From an uncultured bacterium (GTDB taxonomy: Bacteria; UBA8481): a DNA stretch of 64,000 bases. The stretch covers positions 124,001 through 188,000 of the forward strand of contig CAZCME010000003.1 in NCBI GenBank assembly GCA_964499705.1, written 5' to 3'. Positions 39,936 through 51,064 of the stretch are shown here, piece after piece; the first letter of the stretch is position 1; every line of letters begins with the position of its first letter. A program made the translations under genes and the position numbers. Below the pieces are notes generated by a model that was given only the letters and a program-made list of their open reading frames with translations, was not told where the DNA came from and did not search any database.

Positions 39936-41548
39936 TTATTCTGATGAGATGTTCCCGAAAACCTCCTCACAATTTCAGTGATCTTCTCGAACCCGAGCGT
40001 CTTGGAAATGAAATCGTCGGCGCCGGTCGCATATGACATCTCCCGATCCTCAATCCGATTGCTTGTTGTCAGCATCACCACCGGAATATTTTTCAGCATG
40101 GTGTCCGACTTCATCTCCGCGAGGACCTCGAAGCCGTTCTTCTGGGGCATGTTGATGTCGAGAAACACGAGCTCCGGGGTGAAGGAATCCTTGTGGCCGT
40201 TCACCTTCCGCAGGCGCGCCAGCGCTTCGTTGCCGTTGCGGGCGACATCGACATCCACCGGCAGATCGGACGTAGCGAACATCTCCTTCATGATGTACAG
40301 GTAATCCTCATCGTCATCCACGAGAAGCAGATGCGAAACGGGCCATGCGACCTCCCTCATGCCGAACGTCACGATGAACTCGGATCCTCCCGCCTCGCGA
40401 TCCAGAGCGAACGCCTTGCCGCCGTGCCGTTCCGCGATCTGCCGGACGATCGCCAGGCCCGCGCCCGTCCCCTCGATCTCCTGTCCCACTCCACGCTGGA
40501 AGAGCTGGAATATTCTTTCCTTCATGAGAGGCGTGATCCCCGGCCCCCTGTCGCGCACCGCGATGCCCGTGCCCTCCGGCCCGTCGTATGGCCCGATCTC
40601 GATTTCCGGAGCCTCACCGGGCTTTCGGAATTTCAGCGCGTTGGAGACGAGATTGGCGAGCGCTTCCGTCACCCAGGTCCGGTGCGCTTTCAGTTCCGGC
40701 AGGTTCTTCTCCACGAGAATGCGCGCTCCCGTCTCCTGGATCTTGTCCGAATACCTCGCCAGCACCTCGTTGACGACTTCATCCCCGTACACGCGCTCCG
40801 TCGTCGACTCGATCTGCTTCGCGCGCGTCAGAACGAGGAGGCCATCCAGGAGGTTCCGCATCCGCTTCGTTCCGCGGATGATCCGGCGCAGGAAATCCTT
40901 CCCCTTTTCATCCATGCCGGAGCTGTACCGGTCATTGAGAATGACCGCGAAATTTTCCACGGCGTTCAGCGGTTCCTTCAGGTCGTGCGTCGCGACGTAG
41001 AACATCGTCTCGAGATCGCGGTTCGAGAGCGCCAGCTCCGCGGTCCTTTGCCTCACGAGGATATCGAGCTCGTCGGCTCGTTCCTTCTCCCGTTCCTTCT
41101 CGCGCTGCTCGATCTGCCGGAGCATTTCGGACTGGCGTTTCACTTCCGCGTTCTTCTTGAAGAGTTCCACGAAGGATCGGACCTTGGAGCGGAGAATCTC
41201 CGGAGCGATCGGCTTCAGAAGATAATCGACGGCGCCGGCCTCATATCCCTTGAAGATATGCGGCTCGCTCGTCAGGATCGCCGTCAGGAAGATGATCGGC
41301 ATGTAGCTGAGGCTCTCCCGGCTGCGAATGAGCGTCGCGGTCTCATAGCCGTCGAGCCCCGGCATCTGGACGTCGAGGATGAGAACGGCGAATTCCTGGT
41401 CCAGGAGCCGCCTCAGCGCTTCCTCGCCGGACGCGGCTTTCACGATATCAACCTGCAGAGGCCCGAGCGCCGCTTCCAGGGAAAGAAGATTCTCCGGCCG
41501 ATCGTCGCAGACGAGGATGCTGACCTTAGATGCTTCGGTTGACTTCAT
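39896..41548 (-). CDS. Hybrid histidine kinase REC-HisKA-HATPase-REC
   Basis: CDDRPENL...LDVQMP; ATHDLKEPL; NLVSNALK; DRGPGI; GTGAGL; second REC LVDDD...LDINMP. Confidence 0.92.
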   Translation of the reverse strand: MKSTEASKVSILVCDDRPENLLSLEAALGPLQVDIVKAASGEEALRRLLDQEFAVLILDVQMPGLDGYETATLIRSRESLSYMPIIFLTAILTSEPHIFKGYEAGAVDYLLKPIAPEILRSKVRSFVELFKKNAEVKRQSEMLRQIEQREKEREKERADELDILVRQRTAELALSNRDLETMFYVATHDLKEPLNAVENFAVILNDRYSSGMDEKGKDFLRRIIRGTKRMRNLLDGLLVLTRAKQIESTTERVYGDEVVNEVLARYSDKIQETGARILVEKNLPELKAHRTWVTEALANLVSNALKFRKPGEAPEIEIGPYDGPEGTGIAVRDRGPGITPLMKERIFQLFQRGVGQEIEGTGAGLAIVRQIAERHGGKAFALDREAGGSEFIVTFGMREVAWPVSHLLLVDDDEDYLYIMKEMFATSDLPVDVDVARNGNEALARLRKVNGHKDSFTPELVFLDINMPQKNGFEVLAEMKSDTMLKNIPVVMLTTSNRIEDREMSYATGADDFISKTLGFEKITEIVRRFSGTSHQNKNLNPKSEILTKS

Positions 41549-42093
41549 GATCGTCTCCTTCCTGCTGCCCTCGCGGGCCGACTTTCTTCCACCGTAACCG
41601 ACGGATTTATCAGGGCCATGAGATCAGGAAACGATAATTCTCCATGCGCGAGAGCCTGTCCGCCTCGTTGCCGGATGCGCCGCAACCCCTCGGCTCCGTC
41701 TGCATTCGCGTTGTTCATCAGAATGGCGATGACCGAGGAGCCGTACGCGTCCGCGGCCGTCTCGAAAAGGATGTCGATGGAAGGCCTGGCGTCATGGAGA
41801 GGGGCCTCCAGCGACAACGAAAATCGTCCCGGCTCCACAAGAAGATGATAATCGGCCGGCGCCAGGTAAACGTGCCCGGCCTGGATTCGCTCCTTGTCCT
41901 CCGGCTCGCTCAAGGGAAGCGCGCATTGATCTCGCAGCATTGTCATTAAATCGTCCGGAGGATTCAGGCTTCGATGAACAGCCATGACGATCGGCAGGGG
42001 AAAATCCGCGGGCAGAGCGGAAAGGATCCGCTGCAACGACTCCGCATCGCTGCTCGTGGCGCCGATCACGACGACTTCGAATCCGGCGTTCAC
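41545..42093 (-). CDS. Stand-alone CheB methylesterase-like protein, degenerate
   Basis: LPADFPLPIV, VYLAPADYHLLV, RPSIDILFETAA; GATSSD replaces GxSxGG; GTG start at 42093. Confidence 0.8.
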   Translation of the reverse strand: MNAGFEVVVIGATSSDAESLQRILSALPADFPLPIVMAVHRSLNPPDDLMTMLRDQCALPLSEPEDKERIQAGHVYLAPADYHLLVEPGRFSLSLEAPLHDARPSIDILFETAADAYGSSVIAILMNNANADGAEGLRRIRQRGGQALAHGELSFPDLMALINPSVTVEESRPARAAGRRRS

Positions 42094-42959
42094 CGGATTC
42101 TCCTGTAGAGCCGCTGCGAACCTTCCAGTTCCTCGAAGTCCGTTTCGATCCCGGTTCCGGAGGAATGAAGCGACTCGCGCGAACCGAGCCCGAGGATGCC
42201 GAAGCGGCAGAGGCTGTCGCGGAAGAGCCGCAGCACGCGCGCCCGCAGAGCCGGGTTGAAATAGATGATGACGTTGCGGCAGAGGATGAGATTGAATTCG
42301 TTGAAGGGTCCTTCCATCGCGAGATTGTGGCGCGAGAAAACGATGTGGCTCTTCAAGTCCGCCCGCATGACCGCGTTTCCCTGCCGGATCGTGTAGTAAT
42401 CCGCGAGCGTTCCCTTGCCTCCCGCCTCGATATAGTTGGTCTCGTAATCCTTCATCAGATCCGCGTCGAAGATTCCCGCCTTGGATCGGCGCACCGCCGT
42501 GTCGCTCATGTCGGTCGCGTATATGCGCGACCGTTCGTACAATTCCTCCTCCCGGAGAAGAATCGCCGTGGAATAAACTTCCTCTCCGGAAGCGCATCCC
42601 GTTATCCAGATCCGCACGAACGGATACGTCCGCAGCACCGGCACGACCTGCTCGCGGAATGTCCGGTGGAATTCCGGGTTCCGGAACATCGTCGTGACAT
42701 GGATGGAGAGATCGAGGAGCAGCCGGTCCATGCACTCGGGTTCGTGCAGAAGCCTGTCCTGCAGGGCGGAGAACGTGTCCAGGCCCTCCTCCATCCGCCG
42801 CCTGTGCAGCCTCCGACGGATCGACGCCGAAGCATACTCTCGGAAATCGAATCCATATCGGGCGTGAACAGCGTCCAGCAGGAGCCGTGTCTCCAGGTCT
42901 TCGATCGCGGCCGCTTCGTCGTGATCGACCGCTTGCCGGGATTGCAGCGCTATCGCCAT
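42090..42959 (-). CDS. cheR: CheR-family protein-glutamate methyltransferase (kinase-associated type)
   Basis: YGFDFREYA, VTTMFRNP, IWITGCASGEEVYS, ILCRNVIIYF. Confidence 0.92.
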   Translation of the reverse strand: MAIALQSRQAVDHDEAAAIEDLETRLLLDAVHARYGFDFREYASASIRRRLHRRRMEEGLDTFSALQDRLLHEPECMDRLLLDLSIHVTTMFRNPEFHRTFREQVVPVLRTYPFVRIWITGCASGEEVYSTAILLREEELYERSRIYATDMSDTAVRRSKAGIFDADLMKDYETNYIEAGGKGTLADYYTIRQGNAVMRADLKSHIVFSRHNLAMEGPFNEFNLILCRNVIIYFNPALRARVLRLFRDSLCRFGILGLGSRESLHSSGTGIETDFEELEGSQRLYRRIR

Positions 42960-42962
42960 GAC

Positions 42963-45900
42963 TCACTCGTAGAGCCAGACCCTGAGGAGCGAGAGGAGCT
43001 GATCAGGATCGACAGGTTTGGTGATGTAGTCGGACGCGCCCGCTTCGATGCAGCGTTCCCGGTCGCCTTTCATGGCTTTCGCCGTGAGCGCGATGATCGG
43101 AAGTCCCTCGAACTTCTTCACCTTCCGGATCCGCCGGATGGCTTCGAAGCCGTCCATCTCCGGCATCATGATGTCCATCAGCACAGCCTGGATGTCGGAT
43201 GTCTCCTTCAATCGCGCGATCCCCGCCTTGCCGGTCTCGGCGTAGACGACCTTCATCTTGTAGCGCTCCAGGAGGCTCGTCAGCGCGAAAATATTGCGGA
43301 CGTCGTCGTCGATGATGAGGATGCGCTTGTCCGTCAGGACCGGATCCGTCTCGTGAATCTGGCGGATGATCTTCCGCTGCGTCTCGGGCAGGTTCGCCTC
43401 CACGCGGTGGAGAAAGAGCGCCGTCTCGTCCAGCAGTCGCTCCGGGGATTTGACACCCTTGACGATGATCGTCTCCGCGGCCTTCTTCAGCCGGGTCTCT
43501 TCCTCCGGAGTGAGATCTTTGCCCGTATAGACGATGATCGGCAGCGCCGTATTCATCGGATCTTCCTTGATCTTCTCGATCAGCTCGAATCCATCCATGT
43601 CCGGCAGCTTCAGGTCGAGGACGACGCATTCGAAGGGCATCTGCTTCAGGGCTTCGAGCGCCTCTTTCGCCGTCGCGACCGCCGTGGAGACGACGTCGGA
43701 GTTTCCGATCAGGTCGACGATTCCCTTTCGCTGCACATCGTCGTCCTCGATGATGAGGAGGTTCTTCGTCCTTCGTCCCACGAACGCCGCGAGATCGTCC
43801 AGGGCCCTGGCGAGCTCGTTCCGGTTCGACGGCTTCTTCACGCAGCGCACCGCGCCCAGGCGCAACCCGCGCTGCGCGTCTTCCTCGACGGAGATGATGT
43901 GCACCGGTATGTGCCGCGTCATCGAGTCGTGCTTCAGGCGGTCGAGCACCGCCCAGCCGGAGATGCCGGGGAGCTGGAGGTCGAGCGTGATCGCGTCGGG
44001 ACGGAACTGCCGGACGAGGCCGAGCGTGGATTCGCCGTGCGTCGTGGCGACGCTCTTGAATCCCTTCTCATGCGCAAGATCCATCAGGATTCCCGCGAAC
44101 TTCGGATCGTCCTCCACGATGAGGAGCACCCGGTCTCCCTCCTTGATCCGGTCCCGGTCGTCCAGGATCTGCGGTTCCTCGTCCAGCATTTCCACGGACG
44201 TGGCCGTGACCCGGGGGGTCATGATGCGGACGGGATTTTCCCAGGCGGAAAGGGGCGCGGGGCGGGATGTCACCCGCTCCATGCGCTCCGCGGATGCCGC
44301 GACGAAGTTCTGGGGCAGGTAGAGCGTGAACCGGGAGCCTTCGCCCAGCATCGATTCGACGCGGATTTCACCGCCCAGCATGTGCGCGATTTCGCGCGAG
44401 ATCGCGAGTCCCAGGCCCGTTCCGCCGTATTTCCGGCTGATGCCGCCCTCGGCCTGCTGGAAGGCCTCGAAGATGATCTTCTGCTTTTCCTTCTGGATCC
44501 CGATGCCCGTGTCCGAAACCGTGAAGGAGATGACCTGGTCCGACTGGTTCAGGATCGGATGCTCCAGGCTCCATCCGCTCATCGCGCTCCCGATCTCCAC
44601 GGAGACTTTTCCCTTTTCCGTGAACTTGAAGGCGTTGGAGAGGAGGTTCTTCATGACCTGCTGGAGCCGTTTCGGGTCGGTGTAGATCGTCTCCGTCAGT
44701 TCCGGAGCCAGCGCGATTTCGAAGTCGAGCGATTTCTCGTCGGCCACCTGCCGGAACGTCCGGTCGAGGTGAGCTTCCAGGTCCAGGAAGCGCATGTCGG
44801 TCAGTTCCAGCGCCATCTTACCGGCCTCGATCTTGGAGAGGTCGAGAATTTCGTTGATGAGTCCCAGCAGATCCGCGCCCGACGCATGGATCGTCTGCGC
44901 CCACTCCGTCTGCTTCCCCGTGAGATTGCCTTCCGCGTTGTCCGCGAGCATTCTCGCGAGGATCAGCAGCGAGTTCAACGGCGTCCGCAACTCATGCGAC
45001 ATGTTCGCGAGAAATTCGGATTTGTATTTCGAAGTCAGGGCAAGCTGCTCGGCCTTTTCCTGCAGGGATTTCCGGGCGACTTCGACTTCGCGGTTCTTCG
45101 TCTCGACTTCCGCCTTCTGTTCGGCGAGGAGCTGGGCCTTTTCGCCGAGCTCCTGGTTCGTCTGCTGGAGCTCCTCCTGCTGCGACTGGAGCTGTTCGGC
45201 GAGCGCCTGCGATTGGCGGAGCAATTCTTCCGTGCGGATCGTGGCTTCGAGGGAGTTCAGGACGATGCCGAGCGTCTCGACGAGCTGTTCGAGGAAGGAG
45301 ATCTGCACCGGCGTGAAGGGATTGAAGGAGGCGAGCTCGACGACGGCTTTCACTTCCTGCTGAAACAGAATCGGCAGGACGATGATGTTATACGGGCTGC
45401 CGTCGCCCAGTCCGGAGCTGATCTGGATGTAATCGGCCGGAGCCTGCTTGACGAGAATTCTCTGCTTCTCCACGGCGCACTGGCCGACGATGCCTTCGCC
45501 GGCGCGGAACTCGTTCGCGAGACCTTTCCGTTCCTTGTAGGCGTAGCTGGCCAGGAGCTTCAAACGAGGCGCGGCTTCTTCCGGGTTGTTGATGTAGAAG
45601 ACGCCGTGCTGCGCCTCGACAACCGGAGCGAGCTCGGACAGGAGGAGGCGCGAGACGGTCTGCAGCTCCTTCTGCCCCTGCATCATCGCGGCGAACCGGG
45701 CGAGGTTCGTCTTCAGCCAGTCCTGTTCGCGGTTCTGGAGCGTGGTCTCGCGGAGATTGCGGATCATCGTGTTGATGTTTTCGCGGAGCGCGAGCACTTC
45801 TCCGGAGGCCTCGACGATGATTTCGCGAGTCAGGTCTCCTTGCGTCACGGCCGTTGCGACTTCGCCGATGGAGCGGACCTGGGTCGTCAGGTTCGCCGCG

Positions 45901-48900
45901 AGGAGGTTGACGTTGTCGGTGAGGTTCTTCCATGTGCCGGAGGCGCCGGGGACTCGGGCCTGTCCGCCGAGCTTGCCTTCTGTTCCGACTTCGCGCGCGA
46001 CGGTAGTGACCTGTTCGGCGAACGTCGAGAGCGTATCGATCATGTCGTTGATCGTGCCGACGAGCTCCGCGATCTCGCCGCGGACCTGGAGCACGAGCTT
46101 GCGGCGGAGGTCGCCCTTGGCGACGGCCGTCACGACGCCGGCGATGTTGCGGACCTGGTCCGTCAGGTTGGAGGCCATCGTGTTGACGTTGTCGGTCAGG
46201 TCCTTCCATGTGCCCGAGACGCCTTTGACGCGGGCCTGGCCTCCGAGCTTGCCGTCGGTGCCGACTTCGCGCGCGACGCGCGTGACTTCGTCGGCGAAGG
46301 AGGAGAGCTGATCGACCATCGTGTTGATCGTGTTCTTGAGTTCGAGGATTTCGCCTTTGACGTCGACCGTGATCTTCTTGGAGAGGTCGCCCTGCGCGAC
46401 GGCTGTCGTCACTTCGGCGATGTTACGGACCTGGCCGGTCAGGTTCGACGCCATGCGGTTGACGCTTTCCGTCAGGTCTTTCCACGTGCCGGCGACACCT
46501 TTGACGACGGCCTGGCCTCCGAGGATGCCTTCTGTTCCGACTTCGCGGGCGACGCGTGTCACTTCGTCGGCGAAGGAGGAGAGCTGGTCGACCATCGCGT
46601 TAATGGTGTTCTTCAATCCGAGGATTTCGCCTTTGACGTCGACGGTGATCTTCTTCGTGAGGTCGCCGGATGCGACGGCCGTCGTAACCTCGACGATGTT
46701 TCTCACCTGGTTCGTCAGGTTCGACGCCATTGTGTTGACGTTGTCCGTGAGGTCTTTCCACGTGCCGGCGACGCCCTTGACGACGGCCTGGCCTCCAAGC
46801 TTGCCTTCCGTTCCGACTTCGCGCGCGACGCGCGTGACTTCGTCGGCGAAGGAGGAGAGCTGGTCGACCATCGTGTTGATGGTGTTTTTCAGCTCGAGGA
46901 TTTCTCCGCGGACGTCGACGGTGATTTTTTTCGTCAGGTCCCCCTTGGCGACGGCCGTCGTCACTTCGGCGATGTTGCGGACCTGGTCCGTCAGGTTCGA
47001 CGCCATGCGGTTGACGTTCTCCGTCAGGTCCTTCCACGTGCCCGAGACGCCTTTCACGCGGGCTTGTCCTCCGAGCTTTCCTTCCGTTCCGACTTCGCGT
47101 GCGACGCGCGTGACTTCGTCGGCGAAGGAGGAGAGCTGGTCGACCATCGTGTTGATGGTGTTTTTCAGCTCGAGGATTTCTCCGCGGACGTCGACGGTGA
47201 TTTTTTTCGTCAGGTCCCCCTTGGCGACGGCCGTCGTCACTTCGGCGATGTTGCGGACCTGGTCCGTCAGGTTCGACGCCATGCGGTTGACGTTCTCCGT
47301 CAGGTCCTTCCACGTGCCCGAGACGCCTTTCACGCGGGCTTGTCCTCCGAGCTTTCCTTCCGTTCCGACTTCGCGTGCGACGCGCGTGACTTCGTCGGCG
47401 AAGGAGGAGAGCTGGTCGACCATGGTGTTGATGGTGTTTTTGAGCTCCAGGATTTCTCCGCGGACGTCGACGGTGATCTTCTTCGAGAGGTCGCCTTTGG
47501 CGACGGCCGTCGTCACGTCGGCGATGTTACGGACCTGGTTTGTGAGGTTGGACGCCATCGTGTTGACGTTGTCCGTCAGGTCCTTCCACGTTCCGGCGAC
47601 GCCCTTGACCGCGGCCTGTCCGCCGAGCTTTCCTTCGGTGCCGACTTCGCGCGCGACTCGAGTGACTTCGTCTGCGAAGGAGGAAAGTTGATCCACCATC
47701 GCGTTGATGGTGTTCTTTAATTCCAGGATCTCGCCTTTGACGTCGACGGTGATCTTCTTTCTCAGGTTGCCTTGCGCGACGGCCGTCGTCACCTCGGCGA
47801 TGTTGCGGACCTGGTTCGTCAGGTTGGACGCCATCGTGTTGACGTTGTCGGTGAGATCTTTCCACGTACCGGCGACGCCCTTGACGACGGCCTGGCCTCC
47901 CAGCTTGCCGTCCGTTCCGACTTCGCGGGCGACGCGGGTGACTTCGTCGGCGAAGGAGGAGAGCTGATCGACCATGGCGTTGATCGTCTTCTTCAGGCCC
48001 AGGATTTCGCCTTTGACGTCGACCGTGATCTTTTTGGTCAAGTCTCCCTGTGCGACCGCCGTCGTGACCTCCGCGATGTTGCGAACCTGGTTCGTGAGGT
48101 TGAACGCCATCGTATTGACGTTGTCGGTCAGGTCCTTCCACGTACCGGCAACGCCTTTGACGACGGCTTGTCCTCCCAGCTTGCCTTCCGTTCCCACCTC
48201 GCGGGCGACGCGCGTCACTTCCGACGCGAACGAGTTCAGCTGGTCGACCATGGCGTTGATCGTCACCTTCAGGTCGAGAATTTCTCCTCGGACGTCGACG
48301 GTGATCTTTTTCGAGAGGTCTCCGAGCGCGACGGCCGTCGTCACTTCGGCGATGTTACGGACCTGGTTCGTCAGGTTCGAGGCCATGGTATTGACGTTGT
48401 CCGTCAGGTTCTTCCATGTGCCCGAAACGCCTTTCACGCGCGCCTGACCGCCGAGTTTCCCCTCGGTACCCACCTCGCGCGCGACGCGCGTGACTTCATC
48501 GGCGAACGAGCCGAGCTGGTCCACCATGGCGTTGATGGTGTTCTTCAGCTTCAGGATCTCGCCCTTGACGTCGACGGTGATCTTCTTCGTGAGGTCGCCC
48601 TTGGCGACCGCCGTCGTGACCTCCGCGATGTTGCGGACCTGGTTCGTCAGATTCGACGCCATGATGTTGACGTTATCCGTCAGGTCCTTCCACGTGCCCG
48701 CGATACCCTTCACGCGGGCCTGTCCCCCCAATTTCCCTTCCGTTCCGACCTCGCGCGCCACGCGCGTCACTTCCGACGCGAACGAGTTCAGCTGGTCGAC
48801 CATCGTGTTGAATGTGTTCTTCAGCTTCAGGATTTCGCCCTTGGCGTCGATCGTGATCTTCTTTGAGAGGTCACCGTTGGCGACGGCCGTCGTGACCTCC

Positions 48901-49523
48901 GCGATGTTACGGACCTGGTTCGTCAGGTTCGACGCCATCCGGTTGACGTTCTCCGTGAGGCTCTTCCATGTTCCGGCCGCGCCTGGCACCTGGGCCTGGC
49001 CGCCGAGCTTGCCTTCCGTGCCGACTTCGCGCGCGACGCGCGTGACCTCGGACGAGAACGACCTGAGCTGGTTCACCATGCCGTTGACGACGTGACCGAT
49101 CTGCCGGTAAGCGCCGCGGACGGGACGGCCTTCGATCTTCAGGGCCATCGTCTGGGAGAGGTCTCCCTTGGCGACGGCGGAGATGACGCGCGCGACTTCC
49201 TGCGTCGGCCGGACAAGGCTTTCGATGAGGGAGTTGAGGGATTTAATGCGTTCCGCCCACGATCCGGACGCGCCGGAGAGGGACGCGCGTTCCGTCAATT
49301 TGCCTTCGCGGCCGACCACGATGCTGATCCGGGCCAGCTCATCGGTTGTGGCTTCCGAGAGGTTGGCGATGTCGTTCACCGCTTTCGCTATTTCCGCGCT
49401 GATGCCTTTACTGGTTTTGGCCATGGGGAGGCGCACGCTGAAGTCGCCCTTCCTGATGGCCTGAAGGGCGACAAGAATCTTGCCCGCCTCCACGCTCGGT
49501 ATCGCTGTCACTTCCGGTGTCAT
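42963..49523 (-). CDS. Cytoplasmic poly-HAMP hybrid histidine kinase (about 13 x 92-aa repeats, GAF, HisKA, HATPase, 3 REC)
   Basis: Twelve clear VAREVGT[ED]G[KI]LGGQA repeats plus one degenerate; [21 protein letters not shown]; three REC domains; GGGAGGT before ATG 49523. Confidence 0.95.
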   Translation of the reverse strand: MTPEVTAIPSVEAGKILVALQAIRKGDFSVRLPMAKTSKGISAEIAKAVNDIANLSEATTDELARISIVVGREGKLTERASLSGASGSWAERIKSLNSLIESLVRPTQEVARVISAVAKGDLSQTMALKIEGRPVRGAYRQIGHVVNGMVNQLRSFSSEVTRVAREVGTEGKLGGQAQVPGAAGTWKSLTENVNRMASNLTNQVRNIAEVTTAVANGDLSKKITIDAKGEILKLKNTFNTMVDQLNSFASEVTRVAREVGTEGKLGGQARVKGIAGTWKDLTDNVNIMASNLTNQVRNIAEVTTAVAKGDLTKKITVDVKGEILKLKNTINAMVDQLGSFADEVTRVAREVGTEGKLGGQARVKGVSGTWKNLTDNVNTMASNLTNQVRNIAEVTTAVALGDLSKKITVDVRGEILDLKVTINAMVDQLNSFASEVTRVAREVGTEGKLGGQAVVKGVAGTWKDLTDNVNTMAFNLTNQVRNIAEVTTAVAQGDLTKKITVDVKGEILGLKKTINAMVDQLSSFADEVTRVAREVGTDGKLGGQAVVKGVAGTWKDLTDNVNTMASNLTNQVRNIAEVTTAVAQGNLRKKITVDVKGEILELKNTINAMVDQLSSFADEVTRVAREVGTEGKLGGQAAVKGVAGTWKDLTDNVNTMASNLTNQVRNIADVTTAVAKGDLSKKITVDVRGEILELKNTINTMVDQLSSFADEVTRVAREVGTEGKLGGQARVKGVSGTWKDLTENVNRMASNLTDQVRNIAEVTTAVAKGDLTKKITVDVRGEILELKNTINTMVDQLSSFADEVTRVAREVGTEGKLGGQARVKGVSGTWKDLTENVNRMASNLTDQVRNIAEVTTAVAKGDLTKKITVDVRGEILELKNTINTMVDQLSSFADEVTRVAREVGTEGKLGGQAVVKGVAGTWKDLTDNVNTMASNLTNQVRNIVEVTTAVASGDLTKKITVDVKGEILGLKNTINAMVDQLSSFADEVTRVAREVGTEGILGGQAVVKGVAGTWKDLTESVNRMASNLTGQVRNIAEVTTAVAQGDLSKKITVDVKGEILELKNTINTMVDQLSSFADEVTRVAREVGTDGKLGGQARVKGVSGTWKDLTDNVNTMASNLTDQVRNIAGVVTAVAKGDLRRKLVLQVRGEIAELVGTINDMIDTLSTFAEQVTTVAREVGTEGKLGGQARVPGASGTWKNLTDNVNLLAANLTTQVRSIGEVATAVTQGDLTREIIVEASGEVLALRENINTMIRNLRETTLQNREQDWLKTNLARFAAMMQGQKELQTVSRLLLSELAPVVEAQHGVFYINNPEEAAPRLKLLASYAYKERKGLANEFRAGEGIVGQCAVEKQRILVKQAPADYIQISSGLGDGSPYNIIVLPILFQQEVKAVVELASFNPFTPVQISFLEQLVETLGIVLNSLEATIRTEELLRQSQALAEQLQSQQEELQQTNQELGEKAQLLAEQKAEVETKNREVEVARKSLQEKAEQLALTSKYKSEFLANMSHELRTPLNSLLILARMLADNAEGNLTGKQTEWAQTIHASGADLLGLINEILDLSKIEAGKMALELTDMRFLDLEAHLDRTFRQVADEKSLDFEIALAPELTETIYTDPKRLQQVMKNLLSNAFKFTEKGKVSVEIGSAMSGWSLEHPILNQSDQVISFTVSDTGIGIQKEKQKIIFEAFQQAEGGISRKYGGTGLGLAISREIAHMLGGEIRVESMLGEGSRFTLYLPQNFVAASAERMERVTSRPAPLSAWENPVRIMTPRVTATSVEMLDEEPQILDDRDRIKEGDRVLLIVEDDPKFAGILMDLAHEKGFKSVATTHGESTLGLVRQFRPDAITLDLQLPGISGWAVLDRLKHDSMTRHIPVHIISVEEDAQRGLRLGAVRCVKKPSNRNELARALDDLAAFVGRRTKNLLIIEDDDVQRKGIVDLIGNSDVVSTAVATAKEALEALKQMPFECVVLDLKLPDMDGFELIEKIKEDPMNTALPIIVYTGKDLTPEEETRLKKAAETIIVKGVKSPERLLDETALFLHRVEANLPETQRKIIRQIHETDPVLTDKRILIIDDDVRNIFALTSLLERYKMKVVYAETGKAGIARLKETSDIQAVLMDIMMPEMDGFEAIRRIRKVKKFEGLPIIALTAKAMKGDRERCIEAGASDYITKPVDPDQLLSLLRVWLYE
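46825..47423. repeat. Exact 276-bp tandem duplication inside the poly-HAMP gene
   Basis: Sequence identical at offset 276 from 46825 to 47423. Confidence 0.88.
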
Positions 49524-49563
49524 TAAATCCACCTCCCTTTTTTGGGTGATTGTTTTTGCCGCG

Positions 49564-50220
49564 TCATCGCGAAGCGGCCTTTCTTCCTGCCGATTTCGCC
49601 GATACGGCGATGGGTATGCACTGGTTGATGATCTCCAGCAGGACATCCTTGCGGATGGGCTTGGCGAGAACATCTTCCGCGCCCGCCAGAATGAGCGCGT
49701 CGATCTCCGATTTGCGGGCCGCTCCCGTCATGCCGACAATATGCGTCCCCTTCGTCTCGGGCTCGGATTTCAACGCCCGGCAGACCTCGATGCCGTTCAC
49801 GCCCGGCAGCTTGATGTCGAGAAGCACCAAGGCCGGCCGTCGCTGATGCACAAGGCGGCCCGCGTCGAAGCCGTTCATGGCCGTCAGGATTTCGAGATCG
49901 GGCCGAAGCCCCTGGATGCGGACGACGAGAGATTCGAGATAGTCCTCGTCGTCGTCCACAACAAGAAGGACCTGCTCGTTGTTGGCCGGGGAAAGCGGGA
50001 TGCCCTCGCGCTCCGCGAACGCGACCAGATCATGCTCCAGCATGCGGCGATGTCCCCCGAAGGTGCGGTGGGCCGGGATGGCGCCCGAGTCGATCCAGCG
50101 CTGGATGGAGGAGAGGCTGACGCGGAGGAACCGGGCGGCTTCCACGGGCCCAAGGAGCTTGTTTTCGTCCGAGGAGTCCGCAACGGCCTGCGGCTCGGTC
50201 TTGCGCGTCTTGCGGGTCAC
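49564..50220 (-). CDS. Response regulator with N-terminal excisionase/BldC-like (HTH_17) domain
   Basis: [38 protein letters not shown], then REC (VVDDD, LLDIKLP, KP). Confidence 0.9.
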   Translation of the reverse strand: MTRKTRKTEPQAVADSSDENKLLGPVEAARFLRVSLSSIQRWIDSGAIPAHRTFGGHRRMLEHDLVAFAEREGIPLSPANNEQVLLVVDDDEDYLESLVVRIQGLRPDLEILTAMNGFDAGRLVHQRRPALVLLDIKLPGVNGIEVCRALKSEPETKGTHIVGMTGAARKSEIDALILAGAEDVLAKPIRKDVLLEIINQCIPIAVSAKSAGRKAASR

Positions 50221-50236
50221 GAGAAATGTCTCATGG

Positions 50237-50276
50237 AAGCAATTGAATGATATGAATGGTTTGATCGGTTTGTCAA
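50237..50276 (-). promoter_or_regulatory. Sigma-70 promoter overlaid by four 9-bp direct repeats
   Basis: TTGACA-N18-TATCAT; CAAACCGAT CAAACCATT CATATCATT CAATTGCTT. Confidence 0.65.
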
Positions 50277-50411
50277 GGGAGGCTTGTAAAAATATTCAAC
50301 ATTCCCACTTGCGCCGCTTCCCCTTTACCGGTTACATTTTTTTTGTGGAGCGCTTGACCCGCAATTTCCTCGTCCGCCGGCCGATTCGAATCGTGGAGCC
50401 ATGTCCGCCTC

Positions 50412-50807
50412 GTGCTTGAAGAAGAAGCCAAGGCTCTGAATGAGTTCATCCTGTCCGTCATCGACTCTCTCGGACAGCTTGAAGTGCTCCTTCTCCTCCG
50501 CGCGCACCCGGACCGAACCTGGAACGCGAAGGAGGTCAGCGATGAGCTCCGCACGAACCCCGCCGCCGCCACCGGTCATCTCGAGAGTCTCTTCCACCAC
50601 GGGCTTCTTTTCTATTCCGACCAGCCCGCGCCTCTTTATAGATACCAGCCGCAGTCCGGAGCCATGACCAAAGCTGTCGACGTCGTGGCCCAGGCCTATC
50701 GCGACGACCGGCTCAGGGTGATCAGCCTGATCTACTCCAAACCCATCGACCGGCTCCGGATCTTTGCTGATGCGTTCAAGATCCGGAAGGAGGATACTCC
50801 GTCATGA
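50412..50807 (+). CDS. Conserved hypothetical winged-helix-like protein
   Basis: IDSLGQLEVLLLL..WNAKEVSDELRT..RVISLIY..FADAFKI; coupled to the two small membrane genes. Confidence 0.7.
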   Translation: MLEEEAKALNEFILSVIDSLGQLEVLLLLRAHPDRTWNAKEVSDELRTNPAAATGHLESLFHHGLLFYSDQPAPLYRYQPQSGAMTKAVDVVAQAYRDDRLRVISLIYSKPIDRLRIFADAFKIRKEDTPS

Positions 50808-51064
50808 TGGCCGGTCTCGTCTATATTCTCTGCTCGCTCACAAGCCTCGCCTGCTCGCTCGCGCTCATGAAGGCTTACTCGAAGAGCAAGGTGCGGATGC
50901 TTTTCTGGAGCGGGCTGGGTTTCATCGCCCTGACGGTCAACAACGTCCTCCTCTTTGTCGACCTCGTCATGGTTCCGGCCATCGACATATCGCAGCTCCG
51001 TATATTAACCGGTCTTCTGGGCGTCGCCGTCATCGTGTACGGGCTTATCAGGGAAACCGCATGA
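50804..51064 (+). CDS. Small 3-TM protein (DUF5985-like)
   Basis: VYILCSLTSLAC...LFWSGLGF...NNVLLFVD. Confidence 0.75.
   Translation: MMAGLVYILCSLTSLACSLALMKAYSKSKVRMLFWSGLGFIALTVNNVLLFVDLVMVPAIDISQLRILTGLLGVAVIVYGLIRETA

Noticed and set aside
42165-47720. 1851-aa plus-strand ORF
   Set aside because: Antisense shadow of the repetitive, high-GC poly-HAMP kinase and cheR; no independent motifs.
46000-49100. Regularly spaced repeats suggesting a CRISPR array or DGR
   Set aside because: 276-bp coding periodicity with synonymous variation; no spacers, cas genes or reverse transcriptase.
49564-50220. Excisionase indicating a prophage or ICE
   Set aside because: The HTH_17 domain is fused to a REC domain; no integrase, att site or phage genes are nearby.
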